Shown: positions 31,108 through 41,715 of the stretch, piece by piece
Numbering within the stretch: position 1 is the first letter of the stretch
Layout of the letters: the number at the start of each line of letters is the position of its first letter
Notes under the pieces: generated by a model
Databases searched by the model: none
Told to the model about the DNA's origin: nothing
The model's input: only the letters and a program-made list of their open reading frames with translations
Assembly (NCBI GenBank): GCA_964534905.1
Contig: CAZHPZ010000003.1
Location: 1 to 53,499 of the forward strand
Direction of reading: 5' to 3'
Source of the DNA: an uncultured Lachnospiraceae bacterium
GTDB taxonomy: Bacteria; Bacillota; Clostridia; Oscillospirales; CAG-272
Length of the DNA stretch: 53,499 nucleotides
Made by a program: the position numbers and the translations under genes

Positions 31108-31770
31108 TTAAAGTGCTTTTTCGCAAGTCTTTATTTGCGGAATACGTACTGTTATCAAAGCAACAAGTGCCGTAATAATTATTTCGGGAATCATATACAG
31201 TCCGTTATACACAACAGAATAAATAATCGAAAGCTCAAATCCCGAGAATGTATCGACTATTACCTGTCCCCAAGCGGGAAAGCCGTCCTGCGTAAAGAAC
31301 CACTCTGCCCAGGTGCCGAAGAATACGGCACCGGAAACGATATGTGCGACGTAACGCAACGTAAGTGCCAAAATACTTCCGAGACAAAGTGCTTTTCCCT
31401 TTGAATATTTTTCGCGGAAAACTCCGCCAAAGCCCAGCACGGTATATGCAATTACATAATCTATAATGCACACAAGTATCGCACGCCACCAAACCATCTG
31501 GCTGTCACCCGGAAGAAAGAATGCGCTCACTGTACCGAAGCCGAGCAATAATTGCACGAATGAATAAGCAAATGCGGTAAGCAGTCCCCAACGTGTGCCA
31601 TACATATATGCCACTATAACTATCGGCAACATACTTGCAACGGTAAATCCGCCGCCAAACGGAAGATTAAGAAACGGCATAGCCGAGCAAACGGCAGATA
31701 TCGCAACCGAAAATGCGATCATAACAGCGCTAAGCGTTATAGCTTGCGCTCTTGTTTTGTTTTCTCTCAT
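31108..31770 (-). CDS. thiT: ECF transporter substrate-specific (S) component, thiamine-type (ThiT-like)
   Basis: 220-aa, six-TM small membrane protein directly downstream of a TPP riboswitch. ATG follows GGAGGT. Substrate is assigned from the riboswitch. Confidence 0.8.
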   Translation of the reverse strand: MRENKTRAQAITLSAVMIAFSVAISAVCSAMPFLNLPFGGGFTVASMLPIVIVAYMYGTRWGLLTAFAYSFVQLLLGFGTVSAFFLPGDSQMVWWRAILVCIIDYVIAYTVLGFGGVFREKYSKGKALCLGSILALTLRYVAHIVSGAVFFGTWAEWFFTQDGFPAWGQVIVDTFSGFELSIIYSVVYNGLYMIPEIIITALVALITVRIPQIKTCEKAL

Positions 31771-31784
31771 AGGAAAACCTCCGA

Positions 31785-31831
31785 ATAAATAAAATTCAAC
31801 CGCACGAAAAGTCCGTGCGGTTGAATTTTTT
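31785..31831 (-). terminator. Expression-platform terminator of the TPP riboswitch
   Basis: Minus strand reads AATTCAACCGCACG-gacuuuu-CGTGCGGTTGAATT followed by TTATTTATT. Confidence 0.8.
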
Positions 31832-31844
31832 CAGAGACAACTCT

Positions 31845-31935
31845 GTAGTTCTACCTACGACGGCATTATCCGTATCAGGTTAAAGGGTTCAAGGCAAAAT
31901 CCGCCTCATCTCAGCAAAAAGCACCCCTGACTTTA
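31845..31935 (-). promoter_or_regulatory. TPP (THI-box) riboswitch aptamer
   Basis: Minus strand reads AGGGGTGC..GCTGAGA...ACCCTTTAACCTGATACGGATAATGCCGTCGTAGG. This matches the conserved GGGGUGC / CUGAGA / ACCC..AACCUGAU..GGAUAAUGCC..CG.AGG cores of RF00059. Confidence 0.9.
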
Positions 31936-31952
31936 TATGCGATTGTAAGATA

Positions 31953-31981
31953 AATATATCACATATCATCACCGTTGTCAA
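31953..31981 (-). promoter_or_regulatory. Sigma-A promoter of the riboswitch-thiT unit
   Basis: Minus strand reads TTGACA (31981-31976), a 17-nt spacer, then TATATT (31958-31953). It begins 10 nt after the mfd stop. Confidence 0.6.
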
Positions 31982-31990
31982 TAGATTTTT

Positions 31991-34900
31991 TTATTTTTGC
32001 GATGCAATCGAAATATAAAATTCAAGAACCTTATTGAGCGACTGCAGAGGATATGCGTTTTTGGCAAGTCTTATACTGATATACGGCTTTGAGGAAAGGA
32101 CTATTTTCATTTTTCCGTCAAATCTCTCCTCCACGTCCGACCAAATATCAATATCTATATGCTCGGGCACGATTCGGTATTCGCTTCCATCCTGTGTTAC
32201 GGATACGATGCCGCACTTTATTGCATTAGCCCTGATAAGAGCTATCATAAGAAGATTTTCTACCGATTTCGGCATATCACCGTATCGGTCTATAAGCTCG
32301 TCTGATATATCTATTCTGTCATACTCATCCTCTATGAGAGCTATTCTCTTATAAAGTCCCATTCTCTGCGAGGAATACGGAACATATTTATCGGGGATAA
32401 ACGCACTGTAAGCAAGAGTAACGGTGCATTCGGGCTTCTCCTCGGGCTTTTCGCCCTTTTCCTCAAGCACAGCCTCATTAAGAAGCTTTATATAGAGATC
32501 GTAGCCCACAGCGTCAAGATGTCCGTGCTGCTGTGCACCGAGCATATTTCCGGCACCTCTAAGTTCAAGATCTCGCATAGCGATCTTAAATCCGGCTCCG
32601 AATTCGGCATATTCTCTTATCGCCTCAAGTCGTTTCTGTGCGATTTCCGTCAGTGCCATATCTCTCGGATAAGTAAAATATGCATATGCACGGCGTGATG
32701 AGCGTCCGACTCTTCCTCTTATCTGATGAAGCTGAGAAAGTCCGAGTCTGTGCGCATTATCCACAATAAGGGTATTGGCGTTAGGAATATCTATTCCCGT
32801 TTCTATTATCGTAGTACTTACAAGGATATCTATCTCACCTATGAGCATTGAATTCCATATATCCTCAAGCTCCTCCTTCTCCATCTTACCGTGAGCCACT
32901 GTTATTCTTGCATCGGGAAAAGCCTTTGAAAGCCTTGCTGCTACGGAATATATGCTTTCAACGAAATTATGCATATAGAATACCTGTCCGCCTCGGCGAA
33001 GCTCACGCCTTATCGCCTCGTTTATGATGAGATCATCCTCCTCAAGCACATACGTCTGTATCGGAATTCTGTCGATCGGCGCCTCATCAAGCACCGATAT
33101 ATCGCGCAGTCCGCCCATTGCCATATTAAGAGTTCTGGGAATGGGTGTCGCCGAAAGGCTGAGTACGTCTATATTTCCGGCTATCCTTTTGAGTTTTTCC
33201 TTTTGGGCAACGCCGAATCTTTGTTCCTCATCTACGATAAGCAAGCCGAGATTATTAAATTCTATATCATTTGAAATAATTCTATGCGTTCCTATCAGTA
33301 TGTCTATCTCGCCACGCTTCAGACGTCTTTTGGTCTGTGCCTGCTGCTTTGCCGTTTTAAAGCGGGAAAGCATATCCACATTAACTCCGAAAGAACGGAA
33401 ACGGCTCAGTGCGGTTTGATAATGCTGAAGTGCCAAAATTGTGGTCGGAACAAGTATAGCTACCTGCTTTCCGCCGAGAACAGCCTTATATGCCGCACGG
33501 AATGCAACCTCGGTTTTCCCGAATCCGACATCTCCGCAGAGCAATCTTTCCATAGGCATTGATTGCATCATATCGCTCTTTATATCGTTTATTGCTTCAA
33601 GCTGAGCATCGGTCTCGTCATACTCGAATGCCGCCTCGAAATCACGCTGAAGCTCATCGTCTTTCGGAAAAGCAAATCCCTCCGTTCTCATTCTTCTTGC
33701 GTAAAGGTCTATAAGATCCTTTGCCATATCCTTTACCGCAGCCTTTGCCTTTGCCTTTGCGCGTCCCCATTCGGCACCGCCGAATTTAGAAAGCTTTATA
33801 AGTCCGTCGTCGGAATGTGCACCGACGTACTTTGAAACGGCGTCAAGCTTTTCAACGGGCAAAAACAGCTTATCGCTTCCGGCATACTGTATAGTTATAT
33901 AATCGTGAGCAACGCCCTCCTGCACGAGGTTTTCAATTCCCATATATCTTCCTATTCCGTAAGCCTCATGAACCACGAGGTCACCGACCTCCAGATCGTT
34001 ATAGGAAAATATAGCCTGCGTGTTACTTCTTTTCTTTTTTTTGCGCATAGCACGGGAAACAGAGTTTATTCCGCTTCTTCCCGCAGAATCGGTGGAAAGC
34101 ACCGCCACACGCGGAGTGCTTAGCTCATATCCCTTAAATTGAGAGCCGAAGCAAAGCACAACCTCGCCATCTCCGACATTGAATTCGTCCGTATTCTCTA
34201 CGGATGCGGATATTCCCTTTTCGTTCAATGTACCGCAAAGATTTTTTGCAAAGATCTCGTTTTCACACAAGACGACAGTTTTAAATCCCGAGGCGATATA
34301 TTGCTCAAGATCATCGATAAGCAGATCGGTTCTTCCCTCATACGACACTGTCTGCTTTGTTTTAAAATGAAACACTCCGCTTGTGCTCTTACCTGAAAGT
34401 CCCTGCACTATCGAATCGGTATGAACGGTGACGTTTCTGTCGCAAAAAAGCTCAAGTCCCGTGGCAGGCTTGGAATAATCCGTATATTTCGGAGCTATCG
34501 TTCCGCCCTCCAAAAGCTCCTCGATAACTTGATTTTGGTGCCATTGGGATCCCTTGATTCTTTCCGCAATCGCATTTGTACCCTTAATAAGAACACAGGT
34601 ACGCTCTCCGAAATAATCAAGCAGAGATGCACGCTCGGGATAAATAAGCGTGATGTATTTATCGATGAATTTAACGGATCCCGCCTCGCCGCAAAGGCCG
34701 TCAATAGCTGTAAGCTCTCCCGTCATTTCTATAACGGCATCGGCATTTTTGCTTCCGTCTATTTGTGTCGAAATAGCCGCACGAACCTTGGCAAGCACTT
34801 CTGCATCGGTTATTATTTCTCTTGCGGGAGCGATCTCGATAAGCTCAATGCTCTCCTGCATTCTCTGCGTTTCAACAGAAAACACTCCCATTCTGTCAAT

Positions 34901-35557
34901 CTCGTCTCCGAAAAATTCGATTCTGACCGGAAGAGATGCATCTACTCGTTCACCGTTTTCATTAATGTAAAATCCGCCCGGAGCGAATATATCAACTATT
35001 CCTCCCCTGACGGCATACTGACCCACACCGTCAATCATATCCACGCATGTATATCCGGAAAGAGTCAAGCTTTTAGCAAGCTCTCTCGGGGAGCAAACCG
35101 TATCAGTCCCTATCCTTATGAGGCTTTTTTTGAGCCTTTCCTCGGGGACGGTATACGAAAGTGCCGCATCGGGCGTAGTAACCACTGCGTCAAGCTCGCG
35201 GTTAACTATTCCGAGCAAGACCTTAAGCCTCTCATGCTCATACTCATGGGAGGCTGTTATATTATAAAAATTCAAATCGCGGTTCAGATAAAACGCCGCT
35301 CGCTTTCCGCATACGGAAAGCATTTGAGTAATTCTCAGGCACTCCTTTTCCTCGGGACAGAGAATAAATAGCGGCATTCCGTTTCGCTGCGTCTCCGTGT
35401 CGGATATGAGTGACACGTAAGCGGCATCGGACGCACCGTCGGAAAGTCCGCTCACCGCTATCGGATACGGCTTATGAGCACGAAACTCCTTTTTTACAGT
35501 CTCACCGAGCTGCAGATATTCTCCGTCAAGCCTTATTGCATCGGTAATAAAATTCAT
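31991..35557 (-). CDS. mfd: Transcription-repair coupling factor Mfd
   Basis: 1188 aa with a UvrB-homology N-terminus. RNAP-interaction/CarD-like segment LEVGDLVVHEAYGIGRY. SF2 helicase motifs GDVGFGKTEVA, DEEQRFGV and ATPIPRTL. Confidence 0.95.
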   Translation of the reverse strand: MNFITDAIRLDGEYLQLGETVKKEFRAHKPYPIAVSGLSDGASDAAYVSLISDTETQRNGMPLFILCPEEKECLRITQMLSVCGKRAAFYLNRDLNFYNITASHEYEHERLKVLLGIVNRELDAVVTTPDAALSYTVPEERLKKSLIRIGTDTVCSPRELAKSLTLSGYTCVDMIDGVGQYAVRGGIVDIFAPGGFYINENGERVDASLPVRIEFFGDEIDRMGVFSVETQRMQESIELIEIAPAREIITDAEVLAKVRAAISTQIDGSKNADAVIEMTGELTAIDGLCGEAGSVKFIDKYITLIYPERASLLDYFGERTCVLIKGTNAIAERIKGSQWHQNQVIEELLEGGTIAPKYTDYSKPATGLELFCDRNVTVHTDSIVQGLSGKSTSGVFHFKTKQTVSYEGRTDLLIDDLEQYIASGFKTVVLCENEIFAKNLCGTLNEKGISASVENTDEFNVGDGEVVLCFGSQFKGYELSTPRVAVLSTDSAGRSGINSVSRAMRKKKKRSNTQAIFSYNDLEVGDLVVHEAYGIGRYMGIENLVQEGVAHDYITIQYAGSDKLFLPVEKLDAVSKYVGAHSDDGLIKLSKFGGAEWGRAKAKAKAAVKDMAKDLIDLYARRMRTEGFAFPKDDELQRDFEAAFEYDETDAQLEAINDIKSDMMQSMPMERLLCGDVGFGKTEVAFRAAYKAVLGGKQVAILVPTTILALQHYQTALSRFRSFGVNVDMLSRFKTAKQQAQTKRRLKRGEIDILIGTHRIISNDIEFNNLGLLIVDEEQRFGVAQKEKLKRIAGNIDVLSLSATPIPRTLNMAMGGLRDISVLDEAPIDRIPIQTYVLEEDDLIINEAIRRELRRGGQVFYMHNFVESIYSVAARLSKAFPDARITVAHGKMEKEELEDIWNSMLIGEIDILVSTTIIETGIDIPNANTLIVDNAHRLGLSQLHQIRGRVGRSSRRAYAYFTYPRDMALTEIAQKRLEAIREYAEFGAGFKIAMRDLELRGAGNMLGAQQHGHLDAVGYDLYIKLLNEAVLEEKGEKPEEKPECTVTLAYSAFIPDKYVPYSSQRMGLYKRIALIEDEYDRIDISDELIDRYGDMPKSVENLLMIALIRANAIKCGIVSVTQDGSEYRIVPEHIDIDIWSDVEERFDGKMKIVLSSKPYISIRLAKNAYPLQSLNKVLEFYISIASQK

Positions 35558-35572
35558 TATTCTCTCCTAATA

Positions 35573-36205
35573 TCAGGCTTTTTTATTACATATCTGCATA
35601 GCGTCATCTATGCTTGAGCCGAGTATTTTTTCAAGTCCCTCATATGCCGTGGGAAGTGCAGAGGTCAGATTTTTATAATCCTCCGATGAAAACTCGGAAA
35701 GCACCCAAGAGGCAAGATCGTAATCGGGGTGCGGCTTTTCGCCGACGCCGATTTTAATGCGCGCAAAGGTCTGAGTACCGATATTGGCGATTATGCTCTT
35801 TATACCATTGTGTCCGCCGGCACTTCCGTCGCGTCGAACACGCAGTCTGCCCGTAGGCAGACTGATGTCGTCGTATATTACAATAAGCTTATCCGCTCCG
35901 AGCTTGTAATAATCAAGCACGGCGCGCACACATTCGCCCGAAAGGTTCATAAACGTCTGGGGCTTCACCAAAAGTACTCTTTTTCCCGCAATCTTAGCCT
36001 CGCCCACAAGTCCCTTGTGCGCCGCCCTTGTAACATGGGCACCGCATCTATCACAAATATAATCTATTGCGATAAATCCGGCGTTATGCCTTGTACGCGT
36101 ATATTCCGCGCCGGGATTTCCGAGCCCCACGATAACGTACGATATCGGCTCGCGAGAGGTATCCTCTGTTGATATTTTTTTAAAAAGTTCAAATATGTCA
36201 GTCAT
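35573..36205 (-). CDS. pth: Peptidyl-tRNA hydrolase
   Basis: VIVGLGNPGAEYTRTRHNAGF and GGHNGIKS motifs. Confidence 0.93.
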   Translation of the reverse strand: MTDIFELFKKISTEDTSREPISYVIVGLGNPGAEYTRTRHNAGFIAIDYICDRCGAHVTRAAHKGLVGEAKIAGKRVLLVKPQTFMNLSGECVRAVLDYYKLGADKLIVIYDDISLPTGRLRVRRDGSAGGHNGIKSIIANIGTQTFARIKIGVGEKPHPDYDLASWVLSEFSSEDYKNLTSALPTAYEGLEKILGSSIDDAMQICNKKA

Positions 36206-36214
36206 TTTTACTCC

Positions 36215-39200
36215 TTAGAAGAAAGACATCTGATCTGTGTCGGACAGTCCGTCAAGAACGCCGTTTTTACGAAGAATGTCTATTACCGAGCCCGAAAGCT
36301 TCGCTCTTATCTGAAGATCCTCGATAGAAAAGAACGGCTCGTCGTTTCTTGCTTCTATTATATTCTGTGCGGCATTTTCACCAAGTCCGCCGAGCGATGA
36401 GAAAGGAAGTCTTATAGCTCCGTTTTCGGGCAGAAATGCCTTATGGTCGGATTTTTGCAGACTTATCGGCAAAAATTTTATGCCGCGTGCGTACGCCTCG
36501 TTAACAAGCTGAAGTCCCGCAACGGATGCCTGCTCCTTTTGAGATGCGTCCTTGCCGAGCTTCTCGATTCTCTCGATCTCGGCACGAACTCCTCCCTTTC
36601 CCCTCATAACTATCTCCGCGTCAAGTCCGACGTTTGAAACGGTAAACATAGCGGCATAGAATGCAACCGGCATATGCACCTTATACCATCCGACACGTAT
36701 TGCGGACATAACGTATGCCGATGCATGTGCCTTGGGAAACATATATTTTATCTTTTTACACGAGCCTATGTACCAATCAGGCACGCCAGCTTCTATCATC
36801 GCCTTTTCCCAATCGGGCTTAAGTCCGCGTCCCTTTCTTACGCTCTCCATTATCTGGAACGAAAGCGCACTGTCAACGCCGTAAGCGATAAGGTCGTTCA
36901 TAATATTATCTCGACATCCTATAACATGGGAAATATCACATATTCCGTCATTGATAAGATCCTGAGCGTTACCTGTCCAAACGTCGGTGCCGTGTGAAAG
37001 TCCCGATATCTGAAGCAGGTCGGCAAACGAGCGAGGCTTTGCCTCCTCAACCATCTTCATTACAAACCTTGTTCCGAATTCAGGCAAGCCGTACGTACCT
37101 ATTTTTGCTCCTCCGATATCCTCCGGGGTTATTCCGAGAGAATCTGTGGACAAGAACAGCTCGTAAACGCTCTTGTCATTCATCGGAACGTCCATAACGC
37201 TTGTATTGGAAAATCTCTCTATCCATTTATATTTGGTCGGCATATCGTGACCGAGCTCATCAAGCTTCAAGAGCGTATCGTGAAGATACTCAAAAGTAAA
37301 ATGAGTTGTAACGATATTGGAATTGACATCCTCCGCAGGGTGCTGAACGGGGCAGAAATCGTATATCTCCATTTCCTTTGGAACAACAACGATTCCACCG
37401 GGATGCTGTCCCGTTGTTCTCTTAACTCCCACGCATTTGGATACAAGTCTGTTCATTTCCGCTCTCGGCAGGCTTATTCCCTTTTCTTCAAGATATTTAA
37501 GCACAAAGCCGTAAGCAGTTTTTTCCGCAACGCCTCCGATTGTTCCCGCACGGAACACGTTCTCTGCTCCGAAAAGCTCCTCGGTATATTTATGTACCTT
37601 TCCCTGTACCTCTCCCGAGAAGTTAAGGTCGATATCGGGAGATTTTTCACCGTAAAAGCCGAGGAAGGTCTCAAAGGGTATATCATGTCCGTCGGCACGG
37701 TATTTTGTTCCGCAAACGGGACAGTTTTTGTCGGGAAGGTCAAACCCCGATCCGACTTCGCCGTTTACAAAAAACTCACTGTGCTTACAATTCGGGCAGT
37801 AATAGTGCGGCTTAAGCGGATTAACCTCGGATATACCCGCACAGGACGCAACAAACGATGATCCTACCGAGCCTCTCGATCCTACGAGATATCCGTTATC
37901 CTCACTGTATTTTACAAGCTTCTGTGCGATTATATACAAAACGGCAAATCCGTTTTTGATAATCGAAGAAAGCTCCTTATCAAGTCTGTTTTTTACAATA
38001 TCGGGAAGGGGTGAACCGTATTTGCTCTCCGCATTTTCATAGCATATTCTCTGAAGGTCTTCCTCTGCACCGTCTATCTTGGGCGTAAAAGTTCCCTTGG
38101 GGAACGGTCTGATTCCGTCCTCTATCATATCCGCTATGAGATTTGTATTCTTTACAACGACTTCATATGCCTTTTTCTCACCGAGATAGGAAAATTCCTC
38201 AAGCATCTCCTCCGTTGTTCTCAGATAGAGCGGACAATCCTTGTCGGCATCCTTAAAGCGCATTCCAGAAAGAAGCACCTTTCTTCCGATCTCGTCGTCG
38301 GGATTAAGATAGTGAACGTCACATGTTGCCACGACGGGCTTTTTATATCTTTCACCCAGCTCCACTATCTGACGGTTGATATCGCGAAGATCATCGTCCG
38401 ACGCCACCGTTCCCTCTTCAACAAGGAAGCGGTTATTGGATATGGGCTGAATTTCAAGATAATCATAGAAGTTGACGATATCTCTGATATCGTCCTCAGA
38501 TTTCTTTTCAAGCACCGCTCTGAACAGCTCGCCCGCCTCGCAGGCAGAACCGATTATAAGTCCCTCTCTGTGCTTTTCAAGCTCACTTTTGGGAATTCTC
38601 GGCGTCCTCTTGTAATATTTAAGATAACTGTACGAAACGAGCTTATAAAGGTTTTTAAGTCCTGTGGGATTTTTAACGAGTATTACCTGGTGATATGGCT
38701 TTATATTAAGCGGATTGGCGTTCTCGTTCATATCCTTTTGCAGATCCGCAAAGGTATTTATATCTAAGCGGCTCATCTTATCGACCATTGAGAAGAAGAT
38801 ATTAGCCAGCATCTCCGCGTCATCCGACGCTCTGTGATGGTTGAAATTACCGAGGTCATAATACTTGGCGATAACATCAAGCTTATGAGATTTAAGCTCG
38901 GGATTTATAAATCTCGAAAGCACCACGGTATCAAGATACGGATTTGAAAACTTAAGTCCGCATTCACGTGACGCTTTTCTTATAAACGAAACGTCAAAAT
39001 TCGCATTATGAGCTATAAGAAGCTTATTTCCTATAAAATCCAAGAATCTTGGCAAAACAACGCCTATTCCGTCCGCATCGGCAACCATAGAATCGTCGAT
39101 TCCGGTGAGCTCTACTATATTCTGCGGAATGGAAAATCCGGGATTTACAAATTCGTCGAAGCGCTCAAGTACCTCTCCATTCTTTATTCTTACCGCACCT

Positions 39201-40618
39201 ATTTCTATTATCTGTGAGGTGAGAACGGAAAGTCCCGTTGTCTCAATATCGAAAACTATAAATTCATCCGCAAATGTTCCCTTATATTCTCCGGTTACCG
39301 CGCTCGTTTTATCGTTTACAAAATATGCCTCCATACCGTAAAGGACCTTCATTCCGAGCTTTTCGGCTGCAAGCATAGCCATTTGATACCCCTGAACGTT
39401 TCCGTGATCCGTTATGGCAACCGCTCTGTGTCCCCATTCATATGCGGTTTTGACAGCAACATCGGGCGGAAGAAGAGCGTCCATAGCCGACATCTGAGTA
39501 TGCAGATGCAGCTCTACTCTCTTTTCATCTGCATTATCCATTCGCTTTATTTCATTGATTTTTGCAATATGCTTAAAGGAAAATACAAGGTCTCTGTCAA
39601 ACGTTCCGTCCTTCTTCTTCTCGTGCTTTGCGTCACCATACAGAGCATAGCTTCCGCCGTTTTTTACAGCCTCAGCTATCATACGTCCATCATCCTCGGA
39701 ATCGTATGAACGGATTTCAAGCGATGTATCTCCGTCGTAAATAAAGAATGTCGTAGCGGTTTTGTTACCTCTGCGAGTAGGCTCCTGAGCAAAGCCGAAA
39801 ACCTCGCCTATAACGCACACTCCCCTCGATGAACCCTCAAGAGAAGCAATACCCACGGGAGTTAAATCAAACTCTTCGCCGATCACATATTCGGGAGAGC
39901 CGATATCGAATTTCTTCGCTCCGATAGATACAATATCTCCGTCTCTTTCTATGGTCGCACTGTACAGTGAAGCAACACGGGGCAACGCGGCTCCGGGAGC
40001 CTCTGCTTCGGCACTCTTCGATCCGTCCGCTCCGTAAGACGCTGATGTATCGTATCTTTTGCTCTGCTCGGTAAGCCTTTTATCAAGCTCCGTCATCTCG
40101 CTCTTGCGCTTCTCTCTTGATGAAGAGGTCATATGCGTATCGTGTATGATTTTAACATTATACTTTTTTCCGAACTCGGAGAAAATTATATTTTCGATTA
40201 TTTTATGAGTGTCGGCATTCATTAAAAGTGTAACGCCGCCCTCCTCAAACGGGATAGTCACGGTTATCTCATTGTCGGCAATGCTCCAATCACAAGCCGA
40301 GAAAAATCCTCTTGCGACAACGCCCACTCTCTCAGCTTCCTTAAGTATCTGAGCAAAGTAAATGCCGTCAAATAGATCCTCGGGATATTTAGGCAAGATT
40401 CTCATAGCATTGAGCTTGTACGCTTCTTTTATTCCGTCTTCGATTCGGTAGAGCATATCCTTGTCCACTATCGAATCGAAATGCACCTCTGCTTCAAGTA
40501 TTCTCCTTACCTTATCCGCACGCACGGAAACGTCTCCTGCGCAAGAAAGGACGGCAGCTATATCTCTGCCATCCGGACTGTATTTATTAAATATTTCGAG
40601 AAACGCCTTTTGCGACAT
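36215..40618 (-). CDS. polC: DNA polymerase III alpha subunit, PolC type
   Basis: 1467 aa. PHP domain HLHTQMSAMDA, inserted 3'-5' exonuclease FIVFDIETTGLS...HNANFDVSF...HRASDDA, a zinc-finger CPNC...CPVCG, and the polymerase core. Confidence 0.96.
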   Translation of the reverse strand: MSQKAFLEIFNKYSPDGRDIAAVLSCAGDVSVRADKVRRILEAEVHFDSIVDKDMLYRIEDGIKEAYKLNAMRILPKYPEDLFDGIYFAQILKEAERVGVVARGFFSACDWSIADNEITVTIPFEEGGVTLLMNADTHKIIENIIFSEFGKKYNVKIIHDTHMTSSSREKRKSEMTELDKRLTEQSKRYDTSASYGADGSKSAEAEAPGAALPRVASLYSATIERDGDIVSIGAKKFDIGSPEYVIGEEFDLTPVGIASLEGSSRGVCVIGEVFGFAQEPTRRGNKTATTFFIYDGDTSLEIRSYDSEDDGRMIAEAVKNGGSYALYGDAKHEKKKDGTFDRDLVFSFKHIAKINEIKRMDNADEKRVELHLHTQMSAMDALLPPDVAVKTAYEWGHRAVAITDHGNVQGYQMAMLAAEKLGMKVLYGMEAYFVNDKTSAVTGEYKGTFADEFIVFDIETTGLSVLTSQIIEIGAVRIKNGEVLERFDEFVNPGFSIPQNIVELTGIDDSMVADADGIGVVLPRFLDFIGNKLLIAHNANFDVSFIRKASRECGLKFSNPYLDTVVLSRFINPELKSHKLDVIAKYYDLGNFNHHRASDDAEMLANIFFSMVDKMSRLDINTFADLQKDMNENANPLNIKPYHQVILVKNPTGLKNLYKLVSYSYLKYYKRTPRIPKSELEKHREGLIIGSACEAGELFRAVLEKKSEDDIRDIVNFYDYLEIQPISNNRFLVEEGTVASDDDLRDINRQIVELGERYKKPVVATCDVHYLNPDDEIGRKVLLSGMRFKDADKDCPLYLRTTEEMLEEFSYLGEKKAYEVVVKNTNLIADMIEDGIRPFPKGTFTPKIDGAEEDLQRICYENAESKYGSPLPDIVKNRLDKELSSIIKNGFAVLYIIAQKLVKYSEDNGYLVGSRGSVGSSFVASCAGISEVNPLKPHYYCPNCKHSEFFVNGEVGSGFDLPDKNCPVCGTKYRADGHDIPFETFLGFYGEKSPDIDLNFSGEVQGKVHKYTEELFGAENVFRAGTIGGVAEKTAYGFVLKYLEEKGISLPRAEMNRLVSKCVGVKRTTGQHPGGIVVVPKEMEIYDFCPVQHPAEDVNSNIVTTHFTFEYLHDTLLKLDELGHDMPTKYKWIERFSNTSVMDVPMNDKSVYELFLSTDSLGITPEDIGGAKIGTYGLPEFGTRFVMKMVEEAKPRSFADLLQISGLSHGTDVWTGNAQDLINDGICDISHVIGCRDNIMNDLIAYGVDSALSFQIMESVRKGRGLKPDWEKAMIEAGVPDWYIGSCKKIKYMFPKAHASAYVMSAIRVGWYKVHMPVAFYAAMFTVSNVGLDAEIVMRGKGGVRAEIERIEKLGKDASQKEQASVAGLQLVNEAYARGIKFLPISLQKSDHKAFLPENGAIRLPFSSLGGLGENAAQNIIEARNDEPFFSIEDLQIRAKLSGSVIDILRKNGVLDGLSDTDQMSFF

Positions 40619-40625
40619 ATCTACC

Positions 40626-41708
40626 TCAAGCTTTCATTTCCTTAATCTTATCTATAAGAGTGTCTATAATTCTATCCTCGGGAACCTTGCCTATTATCTC
40701 TCCGTGTGAGAAAAGCAATCCCTCACCTATTCCTCCGGCAATGCCGATATCAGCCTCACGAGCCTCTCCGGGACCGTTTACGGCACATCCCATAACCGCT
40801 ACCTTTATCGGCATATCGCCGAGCTTCTCTCTTGCGACAGCCTCCTCAAACTGATGAACGAGGCGTATAAGATCTATCCTTGTTCTTCCACATGTCGGAC
40901 AGCTTACTATCTTCATTCCGCTCTGCCCCTCAATCTCAACTGCGGAGAGTATATTCTTCGCCGCCGCTATTTCAAGCGTGGGATCGGCAGTCAACGAAAC
41001 CCTAATAGTATCTCCGATACCGTCGCAAAGGAGAGAGCCGATGCCGATAGCGCTCTTCATAGTGCCCGATTGCTCGCTTCCCGCCTCGGTCACGCCAAGG
41101 TGAATATTATATGGGCAGGACTCGGCAAGCAGTCTGTTTGCGCTTATCATCGACGGCACGTTCGACGCCTTTATGGAAACTACGATATCCTCAAAATCAT
41201 ATTTTTCAAGCAAGCGTATATGTCTGAGCGCACTTTCGCAAAGTGCTTCCGGCGTCGGAGAGCCGTACCTTTCAAGAATATCCCTTTGTAAGGATCCGGA
41301 ATTTATTCCTATCCTTATCGGTATTCCTCTTGCTCGGCACGCATCCGCCACTGCACGAACTCTGTCATCGCTTCCGATATTACCGGGATTGATTCTGATT
41401 TTATCCACTCCGAGCTCCGCGCATCGCAGGGCTATTCTGTAATCGAAATGTATATCGGCAACAATGGGAATCCTCACACCGTTCTCCTTGAGGTAAGGAA
41501 TAGTATCTGCCGCCTCAAGAGTCGGAACGGTTATTCTGACGATATCGCAGCCCGCGTCCTGAAGCGCAGTTATCTGCTTCAGAGTTGCTGTCTTATCGCA
41601 GGTATCGGTATTTGTCATTGACTGAATGGCAATCGGAGAATCACCGCCGATATATACGTTTCCTATCCTTATTTTTTTCGTCTTTCTTCTTATGTCGTTA
41701 TACTTCAT
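40626..41708 (-). CDS. ispG: 4-hydroxy-3-methylbut-2-en-1-yl diphosphate synthase (flavodoxin)
   Basis: GcpE family: IAIQSMTNT, RINPGNIG, and the Fe-S cysteines VSCPTCGRT...MGCAVNGPGE. Confidence 0.94.
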   Translation of the reverse strand: MKYNDIRRKTKKIRIGNVYIGGDSPIAIQSMTNTDTCDKTATLKQITALQDAGCDIVRITVPTLEAADTIPYLKENGVRIPIVADIHFDYRIALRCAELGVDKIRINPGNIGSDDRVRAVADACRARGIPIRIGINSGSLQRDILERYGSPTPEALCESALRHIRLLEKYDFEDIVVSIKASNVPSMISANRLLAESCPYNIHLGVTEAGSEQSGTMKSAIGIGSLLCDGIGDTIRVSLTADPTLEIAAAKNILSAVEIEGQSGMKIVSCPTCGRTRIDLIRLVHQFEEAVAREKLGDMPIKVAVMGCAVNGPGEAREADIGIAGGIGEGLLFSHGEIIGKVPEDRIIDTLIDKIKEMKA

Positions 41709-41715
41709 TTAAGCC

